A DNA stretch of 64,000 nucleotides from Octopus sinensis (GCF_006345805.1 NW_021834238.1:7126-71125); one strand, 5' to 3'. Positions 26,351 to 39,805 are shown, counted from the stretch's first letter. Made by a program: numbers and translations. The notes: a model not told the origin generated them from the sequence alone.

Positions 26351-27212
26351 TAAAGAAATTTGTTGTTCAACCCAAGGTTAGTCTCGATTGGACCACACTC
26401 TGGTAAATCCGGTTCATCTATACCTTTGGGTCTTAGTATATGTGAGGAAATATTATGCTATATAATGTTCATAGTTTCAAAACGGTAACTAGTGATTTAA
26501 AGGAAATCAGTAGTTATTTTTAGCATATCATTTGACCACATAGAGGTACATTCAGAGACTCACAATAGAGAGGGAGGAAAGAGAGGATGTTATGTCAATT
26601 AAAAGGATTGAGCGAAGAGTGACCAATAATCAGTGACGATGGAAGTTTTAAAATTAAATGGAAGTTAGACGATAAAACGTAATCTATTTTGAAAAAATTG
26701 TGTGGTATATAAATACATTTATTTAGGGGTATTGGGGTTGGATTTGGGTGAATGTTTTAAGTGGGGTCATCTTGGTAGGAAACGAGGATTTCAGCAAAGT
26801 CAATTTATGTTCAATTACAAAATAGGGTGAAAAACATTAAAAGTTTAGAATATAACAGCTTTGTGGCATCTGTTGACTGCAGAGAGGAAGGGAACTATCA
26901 ATGAGTGCGGGAATTGGTGGGAGTATATGTGCGGACGTGAACGTGAATGTGTGTTTGGATATGTATGTGTGTGGTGTGTGAATGTGCTCGAGTGTGTGTG
27001 GTGTATGAGCGTGTTCGAGTGAGTGTGTATGAGTGAGTAAGGTCGCATTTGCGACAGAAAGAGGGATAGAGTAAGAAAAAAGAATGAGAGAAAAGGTCTG
27101 TCCTTTATTGATTCTTTACTTGCAATAGTAACCCTATTTAAGATATACACATGCAACAGCTCTCTCTCTCTCCCTCACTCTCTCTCTCCCTCTCTCCCTC
27201 TCTCTCTCCCTT

Positions 27213-27245
<33 letters not shown>

Positions 27246-27328
27246 GTATATATATCTGTTTGTGTGTGCGTGTGTGTAATGAATATGCATATGAGTCCAT
27301 ACCCACACAGAATGATATATATATACAT

Positions 27329-27426
<98 letters not shown>

Positions 27427-27440
27427 TTATATATACATAT

Positions 27441-27858
27441 AGGCGCAGGAGTGGCTGTGTGGTAAGTAGCTTGCTAACAAACCACATGGTTCCGGGTTCA
27501 GTCCCACTGCGTGGCACTTTGGGCAAGTGTCTTCTGCTATAGCCTCGGACCGACCAAAGTCTTGTGAGTGGATTTGGTAGACGGAAACTGAAAGAAGCCT
27601 GTCGTATATATGTATATATATGTATGTATGTGTGTGTGTGTATGTGTTTGTGTGTCTGTGTTTGTCCCTCTAGCATTGCTTGACAACCGATGCTGGTGTG
27701 TTTACGTCCCCGTCACTTAGCGGTTCGGCAAAAGAGACCGATAGAATAAGTACTGGGCTTACAAAGAATAAGTCCCGGGGTCGATTTGCTCGACTAATGG
27801 CGGTGCTCCAGCATGGTCGCAGTCAAATTACTGAAACAAGTAAAAGAGTAAAAGAGTA
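27441..27858 (+). mobile_element. SINE family B, full length (tRNA head, CORE-like segment, TG microsatellite, LINE-like tail)
   Basis: GGCGCAGGAGTGGCTGTGTGGTAAG A-box, GGGTTCAGTCCC B-box, CTTTGGGCAAGTGTCTT resembling the MIR CORE motif CCTTGGGCAAGT, tail ending (TAAAAGAG)2. It probably corresponds to a published octopus tRNA-SINE, but the name is unverified. Confidence 0.9.
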
Positions 27859-28054
27859 TATATATATATACATATATATATACATATATATATATATATA
27901 CAAACTTATATATATATATATTATATATATATATATATGTGTGTGTGTGTATATATGTATGTATCTATGTGTGTGTATACTTATACTTGTGTGAATATGT
28001 GCTGTGCATTTATACATACATATCTGCATATGCATACATACACATTTCTGCAAG

Positions 28055-28114
<60 letters not shown>

Positions 28115-28235
28115 GTTTGTGTGTTATAAATTATATGATCGCAGCGTTTACAAATTACTACGTCTGTAAATTTGCAAAATGATGTGAAATATGTTTCCGT
28201 TCATTGATTGAACTGTTGATAGAAGTTTAATGCTC

Positions 28236-28385
28236 TCACCCCAGTCTGGTCTTAGAAGTGTTCCTGTACTGTCGAAAGTGTGTCAGTCGGCTGCTGAAAA
28301 AGATAAGATACCAACAACTGATAGGAATTATAAGTGAAGAGGAATACGAAAAAAATACGGGGTTGCTCAGTATATCAGGGGTTTG
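28236..28385. repeat. Dispersed repeat, longer inverted copy of the 24584-24683 insert
   Basis: Reverse complement acccctgatatactgagcaacccc...cagcagccgactgacacactttcgacag matches 24580-24690. Confidence 0.8.
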
Positions 28386-28411
28386 ATATACATACATGCA
28401 TACATATATAC

Positions 28412-28533
<122 letters not shown>

Positions 28534-29455
28534 ATTTTTCTCTTTTGCGTCGCTTATGTAGCTAGAAGAAATTACTTAACACCAACTCTGCTGGTAAAAC
28601 AACCTTTTCAGTGGATGGGTCTTGCTGTTGGGATCATATTTATTCATTTATTCTTTGTTATTGTTGTTCATTTTATTTAGTTGAAGTAAATTCGAAATAT
28701 ATTACTCGTCATTTAGGGCTAATCTAAGGCAGCTGTGTTTGAGTATATAAATCATTCTTGTTTCTCACGTATTTAGTTTCTTCTGTCCACAAATTTGATA
28801 AAGATACTGTCAAATTGACACTGCACTTCAGCACCTGAAAATACGAACTTCATGATGATGTAGGTGATTTAAAAACCTTTATTTGAGCTGCAGAAGAGGT
28901 GACGCGTTGTTTTGATATCAATTTGAAAATTTAAAACTGTCTTAGCTTGTTGAATTCAGGATTTCTCCAGATATATTTGCTCTCGGGACATAGCAAAGAT
29001 ATTTCTATGAAGTCCACGTTCACTAGATGCTACATTAAGCGATTAACATTAATCTGATATAATCCAATGTTATACTTATTTTATTGAGTAATGTATTGTT
29101 TAATTGTACTAGTGAAACCTCAGATATAAGTAATTATTAACTCGTGAATTACTTCATCATTTAAGTTGCATTACTTATTTTCTCATCTAATGTTACAGAA
29201 TTTATCTACTCTAGTTTCAAAGCAGCATTTCATAGGCAAAATATATAAAACGAATTAAATCTAAACCATAACATCACGAGTATTGGATTCAATTCTGTTA
29301 TGCCAATTTGCCAGAGCTGGATGTTTTTCCATCTCTTCTTGGCAATATGTTCGTTTATGTTTGGAATAAGGTGCTGTGTTATGGAGATCCTTAGGATGGA
29401 CAGCAGGTGTTCATCAGTGAGAGGTCTTCTGTGTGAATTCTTGTTAATCTTCATC

Positions 29456-29674
29456 TTACACTTCTATATTTAAGAGATGAGGAATTATGTACATTATTTA
29501 CATTGTTTACATTTGACAGATATTTGTCCTCATCTTGTTTGTTTTTAACACAATGTTTCGGCTGATATACCCTATTTTTATTCAATTCACTGCCTGGAAT
29601 CGAACTCGGAATCTTGGGGTGTAGAGCGTGGGCTACTAACCCCAAGATTCCGAGTTCGATTCCAGGCAGTGATT

Positions 29675-29758
<84 letters not shown>

Positions 29759-29932
29759 CAACAACATCGAAAAATACATTAGAAATGAGAACCCAGTTTC
29801 GAAATTTCTCCGAGACATCTGATGAAGGCTGGAGGGTATATCAGCCGAAACGTTGTGTTCACAACAAACAAGATGAGGACAAATATCCGTCAGATGTAAA
29901 TAATGTGAATAGTGTAAATAATCTTCATCTTG
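29456..29932. mobile_element. Foldback retro-insertion: tRNA-like head, (AAT)n and hammerhead-bearing tail, plus an inverted deleted copy
   Basis: 17-bp TSD TCTTGTTAATCTTCATC at 29439-29455 and 29933-29949; inner IR 29579-29620 / 29639-29680; outer IR about 29488-29573 / 29834-29920; B-box GAGTTCGATTCC at 29652-29663. Confidence 0.85.
29814..29859 (+). ncRNA. Minimal type-I hammerhead ribozyme
   Basis: Stem I GACAT/GTGTT, core CTGATGA plus A, stem II GGCTG/CAGCC (5 bp, perfect), GAAA, loopless palindromic stem III ACGT, GTT cleavage triplet (after 29854). Confidence 0.8.
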
Positions 29933-32304
29933 TCTTGTTAATCTTCATCACAGAGAACAGCTGCTCACACAGTTATGTGCTACCAAAAACGCTGAAGTTT
30001 CGAGCCGTATGTAGGTAAAGCTGGGGCATCTTCTTAGGAATGAAACGAATAGACTGTGCAGGTCTCACAGAGTCGTACTTTACTTTTAATGCCTCATTAC
30101 ACTTCAGATCTATGATTTCCTTCTGCAAATGTACAGGTGCGGTTTCCACGTCGATGGCAAATGGGTTGTAAAATCGCTCGAAATTATTTCTTTGTACTTC
30201 AAAGTCACTAAAACACCGTGCGAACTCAGCCTACAGTGAGTTCGGTTCTTCGGCAAAGTGTGCATTTGGGAACACCATGGCGCTGACTTGGTTCAACATT
30301 GCTTTGCGACAAGGAAAGTGAAGCCGGTTGCATGGCTTCACTTTCAGCTTCACTTGAAATGTCTTCACTGCATCATACATATCAGTGATGAAGTGGTCCC
30401 GTCTCTGGAGCTGCAGGTTCAAGATGTTGAGATGAGTAGTTATGAAGTCTTTTCCTTTCCTATCCATGAACTGACAAATTTCCTCGATCAGTTGGAAAAC
30501 TCTTCTGAGAACATTTCCTCAACTTAGCAACCGCACCACTGTATGATAAGGAATGTCGTCGAACTTTGAAACTATTTCCTGTAAAAATGACCATAAATAG
30601 CGGGGATTTTAACCTTTGACCCTGATAAAGTTGATGGTTTGTGTTACAGTGCTCGTTACATGTTCCATATTGAGGACTTTACCACACAACGATCTTTGGT
30701 GTATGATGCAAGAATATACTATCAACTCACAGTACAGTCCTCCTGCATCTTAAACGCATCCTTGTTACTAGTCCAGCTTTTTCCATGCACATCGCTGGTG
30801 CTCCATCTGTTATTAGTCCAACAAGTTTGCTCCAATGCAGTTTCATGTCAGTTGCACTTCGACATACGTTGTCCCATGCAAAGATTTCACGTCCAGTATT
30901 TCTTCTGCAATGTTTAAACTGAAGTCCAATCCACGGATGAAGAAGGCGAGCTGTGCAGTGTCAGTCATATGACTGCTTTCATCGATAGGAAGAAAGTATG
31001 CAACAAAAACTTAGCCTTTTTAGATCAGCTGTGTTTACACATCAGTAGCCATCTCACAGACTCGATCAGTAATTGTGTTTCTGTTAAGCCTACATTTGCA
31101 AACATCTGCTTTTTATCTGGATACAAGCCGCCACACACATTCATCATGCAATTCTTCAGAAACTCTCCCTCAGTAAATGGTCGGGCTGATTTAGCGATCT
31201 TCACTGCCACAATAACATTTGCTTAATCAGCCGCTTCACTTTGTGATTTTGTTTTGGTGAAAAACGCCCGTTGTGCTGTTTCATTCCTCTTCAATTCTTC
31301 TACCTTCTGTAGCTTCCGTTCTGCATTTAAGTTTTTCGATTTGTCGTGATGATTAGTCTCATAGTGCCGTCTTATATTATATTCCTTGATCGCAGCCATA
31401 TTATCTCCACAAATTAGACACAGATTTACCGCCAATATCGTTAAACATATATTGAGCCTCCACGCGGCTTTGAAAGGCTTGGCCATTTCAACAGCTCGCT
31501 TTGATTTAAAATTAAGACTGTGCCTCGACCGATAGACGCTTGATTAATATAACATATGTTGGAGGGGGTGGTGCAATATTCGGGCAAAACACTACTCTCA
31601 TCTTTTATGCATGAATCCAAAACGAGCAACACGACTTTGCTAGCTTATTGTAATAATAAACATCCACACCCTACACAACTTTCATTATAATATTTTCTGA
31701 TCGACGCGAGAATGCTCTCAGACAACCCTGCAGTCTAATCAAGGTGACACAACGTGTGACAAGGTTGAGCCTTCAAATTGCATTTTCCACTCTGAACATT
31801 TTCAAATAGCTTCACGTGGCTGGAGTCAACACAAGGCTGTGGTAACATAGACATTTGTTCAAGCTGTTACATAGTGGGATCTAACCACGCGGCTTCGTGG
31901 TTCTGAAACTGATTATTAATAATCCAACCATTTCGTGTCTTTGGGGGATATTCGATTTAAAAGATGTGTAGACAGGCACGTATTTACCGTATGGCCAACT
32001 GTTTTGCCTATCGTATGCCGTCCATTGATAGACCCAGATTAGTCGTGAAAAATCTGACACGTAATCAAGAACCTGGAACATATAAAGCTGGCACAACCTG
32101 GGCGTCTTCGAGTAATCAGATACAGGAGTATGGCCAGTGTGACACCAGAAACAATGAAGTTCTCAACTTTCCCTTTCATACTTAAATGTATGAATCAAAA
32201 TTATCCTTTGTAGCTTCTTCTCAGATTTACTTAGAACATTATGAATTGCAGTTCATTAGAAGATATTTCAATTTTGGAATTCTCTAGAATAGGTTTAGAG
32301 TTAG

Positions 32305-32490
32305 TCTGGCTTAGCGGCATTTCATCTGTCATAATACTGTAAGTTCAAATTCCTCCGCAGTATGATTTTGGTTGTCATCCCCTTTCGAGGCCGATAAAAT
32401 AAGAACCAGTTTAGAACAGAGGACGATAAAATTGACTTAGCCCTTCCCCTGAACTTACAGTTTTTGCCACAATTTAAAATTAATATTAGA
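32305..32490 (+). mobile_element. SINE family A, decayed, tail type ii
   Basis: cttagcggcatttcatctgtc, aagttcaaattcc, gataaaataagaaccag and tail-ii remnants. Confidence 0.65.
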
Positions 32491-32956
32491 GTTTTCCTGC
32501 AGTTGGAATTTGGCATTTTGTATTCGTTTCAGTGTTTTAATTATGCGTTCCTCTCCGTTCCGTAGTTTATATACATGTGACTCATAGAACATAACTTGCG
32601 AATGATTGTGAATTTTTAATACTTGGAATACTTAAATATTGTTACATTGTATTTGTGTCTGTATTCTCTGTAGCTTGATCATTTTTGTGGATAATGTTAT
32701 TTGCTTGTTTGAAAAACTTATCTATTGAGCTATTTGAGATATTATAGATTGGAGGGAATAGTTTGTATACTTTTAGCATGACGTAGCCAAGTGTTGCGGT
32801 GGGGGCAGTATTTTTCTTTGATGCTTGGATAATAAGGGCGAGTCATACTTATGTAATTAACAACGTAATCGGTTTCTTATATAAATGTTTTATATACAAG
32901 TGTTATGTATGAACGCAGAGGTAGACAGAGAGATAGACAGACATATATACGTATGT

Positions 32957-32998
<42 letters not shown>

Positions 32999-34230
32999 GC
33001 GTGTGTGCGTATGTCTGTATGTATGTATATTCATATATATTTATATATATATATTAATATATGTCAATATATATATATGTCCTAAAACCCTAGGCCCTGA
33101 AGTGAAACCGGCTTGCTAACTCTGCAATTAGTTGTTAATCTGACGTTCAATAGCAGTCGCCAAGAAACTGATAAATCATTGCTTCGTGTCAGAGAAAAAA
33201 AATTGCATCCTCTAATCATGAAAGCATTATTCAAATTTCGTTAATCACCAGGAGATTAATTCACGACTTAAGTGTCATTTTGCTAATTAAAGCGATAAAT
33301 GAGTTTTTTCGTCTTCTTCTTAAGTAAACCGCTTAAAGATACTTCCCACCGGGGTCAATAAAACAATATTTAATTAATTGAACTATTTAGAGTGGAACTT
33401 ATACTATACATATATCAATAATATTAAATAGCAATAATTCATTAAAACAAAAACAAGAAAAGCCAACTAATACGAAATCCCCATGAGTCCATTTAATAAA
33501 TAGAAATCCTAATTATGAGAAGTAACATCATTAAGAAAAAAAGTAACACTCCACACTCACACGCACACACACACACACACACACACCATACACACACAGC
33601 AACAATTACGTTAAGAGCAACACTGACAGCAATGTAATAAATATATGATACGGAGACAAAATTTAATTAGAATCTTAAAAATGTCTCCTCTATTTTGGAC
33701 AATTTGAAGATATAATAATAAGAAGAAAAAGAAAGAAATGTAGGGAAAAATATAAAAATGCAAGAATGAGGCTAAATGTCAAACGTTTGAAGATCTCTAT
33801 TCATTAGCAGGTCAGAAGCTGAATCTTCTGTATTAGAACACAAAGTACTATAACGGTTGTGTTGAAGGTATGAAAGTGGAGAGACCCAAGAGAAAGACAC
33901 CCGACAAGAGAGCAAGGGGAGTAAAAGAGAGCGCTGGAGACAGAGACAGACACACAGAGAGAAAGGAAGAAAGAAAAAAGAGAAAAAAGGGAGAGATGGG
34001 ATTCGACATTGGCAATCAGAGAAATCCTTCATTAGAATGGCATCCATCAGAGCAATTGTTAGAATTTCCTAAAGCATTAATTTTATACAAAACAGGAATA
34101 TGTATCCATTATATTTTAAGAAATAAAGTTATTTTAAGCATGATATTGTGTACAAGCCCGTTGGTTAGTGTAGCTACTTACAACATTTGTTAACCATATG
34201 TGCTTGAGTGTTTGCATAAGAATGCATAAA

Positions 34231-34560
<330 letters not shown>

Positions 34561-35013
34561 CACGTGATATATGTATTTATTGCTATATTAGGTAAAATTT
34601 CTAATGTAAGAAAATGGAGAGTTGTGGATGTATAGTTAATTTAGTTGTATCATAGTTTGTTGTTAATATAACGCAAATAATTTCTTTAAAGCGCAATGGA
34701 ATATTCAAAAGACCTACATATCTTTCGATTATGGCCCCTCTGCAATACATTATTCAAAGCATTTGGGTTAAATATTACGTTAAGAATTTAAGCTGCAAGG
34801 AGTAGAATCTCTGCAGGGTCTTTGTTTAATAATATCGGATGTTACATCTTTCTTCAAGGAATTCAAATCTACAGCTAAAGAAGTTCAACTTGTTATTTCA
34901 TATATACTGTGTAAAAAAAAATATGAAATAAAATAAACTATTTAAAATAAATAAATAAATTACGAAAATACACACATACATAGAGAGAGAGAGATACATT
35001 ATGTGTGTGTGTG

Positions 35014-35049
<36 letters not shown>

Positions 35050-35053
<4 letters not shown>

Positions 35054-35205
35054 GCGATAAGCTGGCTGAATCGTCAGTAGACCGGGCAAAAAGCTCAGCG
35101 GCATTTCGCCGACATTTTGTTCTGACTTTAAATTTTGCCGCGATCTGCTACACCTCTCAAGGCTGTTCTCCAGCATGGATGTAGTCATATGACAGAAATG
35201 CCATA
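35050..35205 (+). mobile_element. SINE with an A-type head and a B-type tail, decayed
   Basis: gataagctggctgaatcgtcag..gcggcatttcg head followed by ctccagcatgg..agtcatatgacagaaa tail. Confidence 0.5.
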
Positions 35206-35574
35206 GATATTTAGTACGGATAGGAATATTGTGTACAGTCATAAAGGTTGCCCTATAGATGTGAACTTCTCCAAATGAGAATATAAACAGACTGCTACTC
35301 CGAAATTTGTGTCATTTTCACCCTCATACATACCAATAATCATTGACTCACTCGGTGATGTTAGTGAATGTCTAATGGACGACAATCTGGAGAAGCTAAG
35401 ATTTTCAAGAAAAGAAAAAAATTATCTAAAATAAAATTCATAGATGCGGTCTGTCAGTGGAAAAGTAAAAATGCAAAACTTTCTTAAATTCCTATCAAAG
35501 TATCGAAGTTGTCATTCGAAATTCATTAATACAACTTTTCCATTTTGTTAGTAACTAACTTTGTCTTTTTATTA

Positions 35575-35770
35575 TAATAATCTTTTCAAAATTTAGCACA
35601 AGTCCAGCAATTACATGGAAAGAAGTAAGTCGATAACATCAACCCAGTGCTCAGCTGGAACTTACTTTATCGACCCTGAAACGTTAAAATCTAAAGTCGA
35701 CCGCGACGAAATTTGAACACAGAACGGTACGACAGAAAAAATGCAACTAAGCATTCCGCGCGACGTGCTT
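35575..35770 (-). mobile_element. SINE family A, tail type ii
   Basis: Reverse complement shows gttcaaatttcgtcgcggtcgacttt and gggtcgataaagtaagttccagctgagcactggg. Confidence 0.75.
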
Positions 35771-37401
35771 TCTAAAAATAATATGAGAAAAGGACACATA
35801 TAAACATGAATTGTATTGGCTGTCAGTTATAAAACTAATATCACTTATTTCATTCTTGTAGTTATAGAAATTTTCCCTTATTGTTCTATTTATATATCAA
35901 GGAATAGAGAGAAAATATATTTCACATTCGTCATGTAACATTTCATAATTATTAAATATACATTTTTTTTTTATAATTTAATATTTGCTCTATGAAATAA
36001 TTGGAGCAGAAACAGTAGAGAGCGTAATTAAATTCTGTACGGTATTTAGTTGCGACCATTTATTTTCAGACAATAATCCCGGTTAACCTTCCCTTTTTTC
36101 TAGGCTCCATGACTACTGATGCCTATTGTTTCGACGAAACCCTTCACCAAGAGTTTCTGGATTTCTGCATAACCTATAAATCACAATTAATATCTGTATT
36201 CCATTCTCACAAATATTTGGTATTTATTTATTTGGCATAACCCATATCTTTGGTGGGCTCTGCTGAATTTACTATACATTTAGGTCAGCCAAATTTCTCA
36301 TTCAATATATTCCCTCTTCTGAAACAGACTACTTTTTATAGGTTTCTTTCTATGCTCTAGTATTAATGCCTTACAATAACTCAAATTCAACTTGAATTTC
36401 ATTAATCCAGCGACCAATCATTTTGTTTAGGCTGTCAGAATGTTAAGACAGGATTGGCGTTATCCCAGCTTTTCTGACTTAGAGCACAAAAAATAAATCA
36501 GTATCATTTCTTGGACGGATTGCAAGAACAATGACATTATAATATGAAAAAGCATATGAGTTTGGATTACAAAGAAAGTACCGATACAGAAGTGTATTTA
36601 GTGAGTTCAGAGGATTTACTTTTTGAATTTATTCCGCTGAATACTGTAGAGTATAGACGTAGGAATTTGATAAACATTCTTTGATACTAAGCTTCGATAA
36701 ATGTTTACATCACCAAGTCATTTCATTTATAACGCCAATATTCATTCAATTAAAATTATGAACAAAGTATTGCGTTTTCAAGACGATATATATTTGAAAT
36801 AGCATAATATTTAAGAAGGCAACATTTGCATTTTGATGAATTTGGCCATGTATTCTCCAATGCCTGGCTGACACGTCACCGAATGTAAATGTACACATGC
36901 AGTCATTTCACCTTCTGGGTATTAATGAATGTTATTATGAAACACAAGAAAGGTATCACTTTCCGTTCTGCTTCTCTTAAATATACACAGCTTTATAGCA
37001 AAGCTAAATTTCTTCCTAATTAAAATGAATCTTTAGATATGTCAATGTTCTACACGGTCATTCAACTTGCTAGAAGCAACAAAGATATTTTCCTCAAATC
37101 ACACCCTACCATTTAAAATGAGAGTCAAGGCATATGAGATACTGTCGTTATGGAAATCCAAAACTATGCGATGCACTTTGCTAAAATGCATTTGATGGCC
37201 GGTATGACTACACAGGGCCGACGACACTTCATTCTCCGAAATACATTACGTACCAGCGCCAGCTTTTTTCTCTGTCAAAATGCTGGAACATTGTTCAACG
37301 CACATCAGGTTTTCGAATAAGCCGTTCTGGAAAATATGCCATCTTCTAATATATATTCATAAAAATATAAAACCTAATATAATAACCCAGTTCTCACAAA
37401 C

Positions 37402-37600
37402 AGCAGAACCATTAGCATGCCGAACAAAAGGAGTAGCGACATTTCGTCCGTCGTTACGTTCTGAGCTCAAATGCTGCCGAGGTCGATTTGGCCTTTCATT
37501 CAGTCAAAGTGTATAAAATAAGTATCTGTTGAGCATTGGTGGTGGGCTACTTTAATTGATATTCCCTTCCTCTCAAAAACTGCTGTCAAACTTCGAAACC
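37402..37600 (+). mobile_element. SINE family A, decayed
   Basis: gcagaaccattagcatgccg head, tctgagctcaaat B-box, gaggtcgatttggcctttcatt body. Confidence 0.75.
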
Positions 37601-37922
37601 ATTATCTGTTCAGAAATACTGGGGAATACGATAAATATATTAAAGTCACAAGAAATATCACCTCACATGGTATCGTGGACCCAATGAACAGTAATATACT
37701 GTGCGCAGTGTGATCGAAACTGTAATCCAATTGTTACGAAGCGAACTTATTAACCACAAGGATATGCGTGCACAACACCAACTGCTCAATGAAAAAACAA
37801 TTTTTATGGACTGCGAGATAGATATGACAGCATAATATATTGCAAAACAGGATGATTCTATATTGCTCCACTTTCTAAATGAAAAAGTGCGAATAATAAT
37901 AATCATCATCATCATCATCATC

Positions 37923-37965
<43 letters not shown>

Positions 37966-38711
37966 TAATAATAATAATAAAATTTTAGCAACAAATACAT
38001 TAAAAATAAATTACTGCAAAAACATTAACATAGCAAAAAAATTATAAAACACATGAAGACCTAATCCTAACATGTTATTCATGAATGAATAGACACAAAT
38101 GAATGAGCGAACGGATATTAGTTCAGAAATATCCTCTTGTAAGCAAAATATCTAATAGCCAATAGAAAATTAAAAGGATATACCTTCAACAATTGCATTG
38201 AAAATATAAAATATTAAACAAATAATATTAAAAAACCAGTTCTCACAAACGGCAGTTTTAAAATGAATTTAATGCAACACAATAAAGATATTTTCTATTG
38301 ACATTCATATGGAAGCATTTTTAGATTTAGTATCGATAATATTGTAATATACTTTTTTTCTTTTCTTTTTTTGTCCTCAAATATTATTAGATTGTGAAAG
38401 CCATTCTGGATCTTTAACTGACTGAACGAATTGGTTGCTGTTTAGTTCTAGTTAAGTGTAATCATATACAAAAGAGTCTGCAATTTAGTTTCGAATCCTG
38501 CTTGAAGATAAACTAGTTTCTCTACGCTGTAACTTAGCTAGTGAAGTGGCAGAATCTTTAAAGCATCGTATAGAATGACTTGCAGATTTCATTCCGGCTC
38601 TCTACGATCGGGTTTCAAATCACAGAGATGTCAATTTTCCATTTCATCCCAATATGATAAAATGTTAGTCTTGAACCAACGTCGACTCCCCCCTCTCTCT
38701 CTCTCTCTTTA

Positions 38712-38866
38712 CGAGGGGGTGCCGGAATATTCTTGGTTTTAAGGCTGTCGCAAAAGGCCTGGTTGGGGGACCTGACCTTCCGAGTTCTTTTACAGGGCTT
38801 AATATCATAATGAACTGATCCTCGTGCATATTCTTTTGCCAGGAACGTTTCAGCAACCTCACCTCG
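38712..38866. mobile_element. Mariner-derived MITE
   Basis: TA|CGAGGGGGTGCCGGAA ... TTTCAGCAACCTCACCTCG|TA inverted ends; interior shared with 47053-47254. Confidence 0.8.
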
Positions 38867-39618
38867 TATGGAATTCCCTGCAGAATTCATTCCGATCTGA
38901 TTTTAAATCACAAAGGAGTCAATTTTCCATTTCATCCTTTCGGGATCAATACATAAAATATTGTACCAATGCCGATTCTCTCTCTCTCCCTCCCTCTCTT
39001 TCAATCACTCTTTCTCTCTATCTATCTATGTATCTCTATACCTCTATCTCTCTCATACACACTCTTTCTCTGTCACACTCTTTCACTCTCACTCTCTCTC
39101 TCTCTCAGTCTTTCTCTCTCACTCTTTAGAAGACAGCTGCTATATTCGGATGTGGAGAGACACCAACATCTCCATATTGGAAAACATCAGGTTTTAAGAT
39201 GCCGAACTCATACCGTATATTACGATAGCATTTCTAAAATCGTAATGGGATTTCAGAGGCACACAGCACGTGAAGCAGCAACTACAGTGAGAACAACAGT
39301 GAATATCACAATTTCAAATGCAAGGTTATCTTATATTGTACATTGTCATTATTATCATATTAAATACAGTGTTGGAGTGATGACCAATATGCTTTGAGCT
39401 ATTTCTGATGGGTATTGCTTTGAAAATTAGGCTTCTGCGCTGAGGTGCGGGGAAGTCAAATTTGCATCTTACCCCGGAGGGAGAATTTGATTATGTACAA
39501 ATGAAGCACAGAGTCGGTCTAAACGGTAAATATCTACTGCAAAATAGAAGTGTTGTAGTTCTCCATACTCTTTCCCTTTCTCGCACTCCTCCTTATTCTT
39601 CTCCATACTATTATTACT

Positions 39619-39805
39619 AAGGCAGTGTGCTGGCAGAATCGATAGTATGCCGGACAAATTGCCAACCGGCATTTCGATCGTTTCTTCGTTCTGAGTTCAT
39701 ATTTCACCGGGGTCGACTTTGCCCTTTGTATATTCGGGGGCGATATTTGGAATGATGTAATCAACTTACCCTTCTCCAAAACGTCAGGCCTTATGCCTAT
39801 ACTAT
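39619..39805 (+). mobile_element. SINE family A, tail type ii
   Basis: aaggcagtgtgctggcagaatcg head, tctgagttcatatt, ggtcgactttgccc, ggccttatgccta tail. Confidence 0.8.

Larger units (their letters stand above)
29300..31500 (-). mobile_element. hAT transposon (SPIN/Charlie, GTF2IRD2-like transposase) pseudogene, interrupted at 29456-29932
   Basis: Minus-strand peptides CLICGDNMAAIKEYNIRRHYETNH (N-terminal zinc-binding region), [31 protein letters not shown] (first D), LITDGAPAM (second D), NPFAIDVETAP, and FGST*LCEQLFSVMKINK..RPLTDEHL (hATC dimerisation domain); several stops and frameshifts; TIRs not identified. Confidence 0.9.

Noticed and set aside
28245-28300. GAAAGTGTGTCAGTCGG as the 3' half of a hammerhead
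   Set aside because: No CTGANGA-like core and no matching stem I upstream.
31650-32190. Non-repetitive block with short ORFs next to the hAT element
   Set aside because: Only a vague resemblance to LINE C-terminal sequence; no motif firm enough to call.
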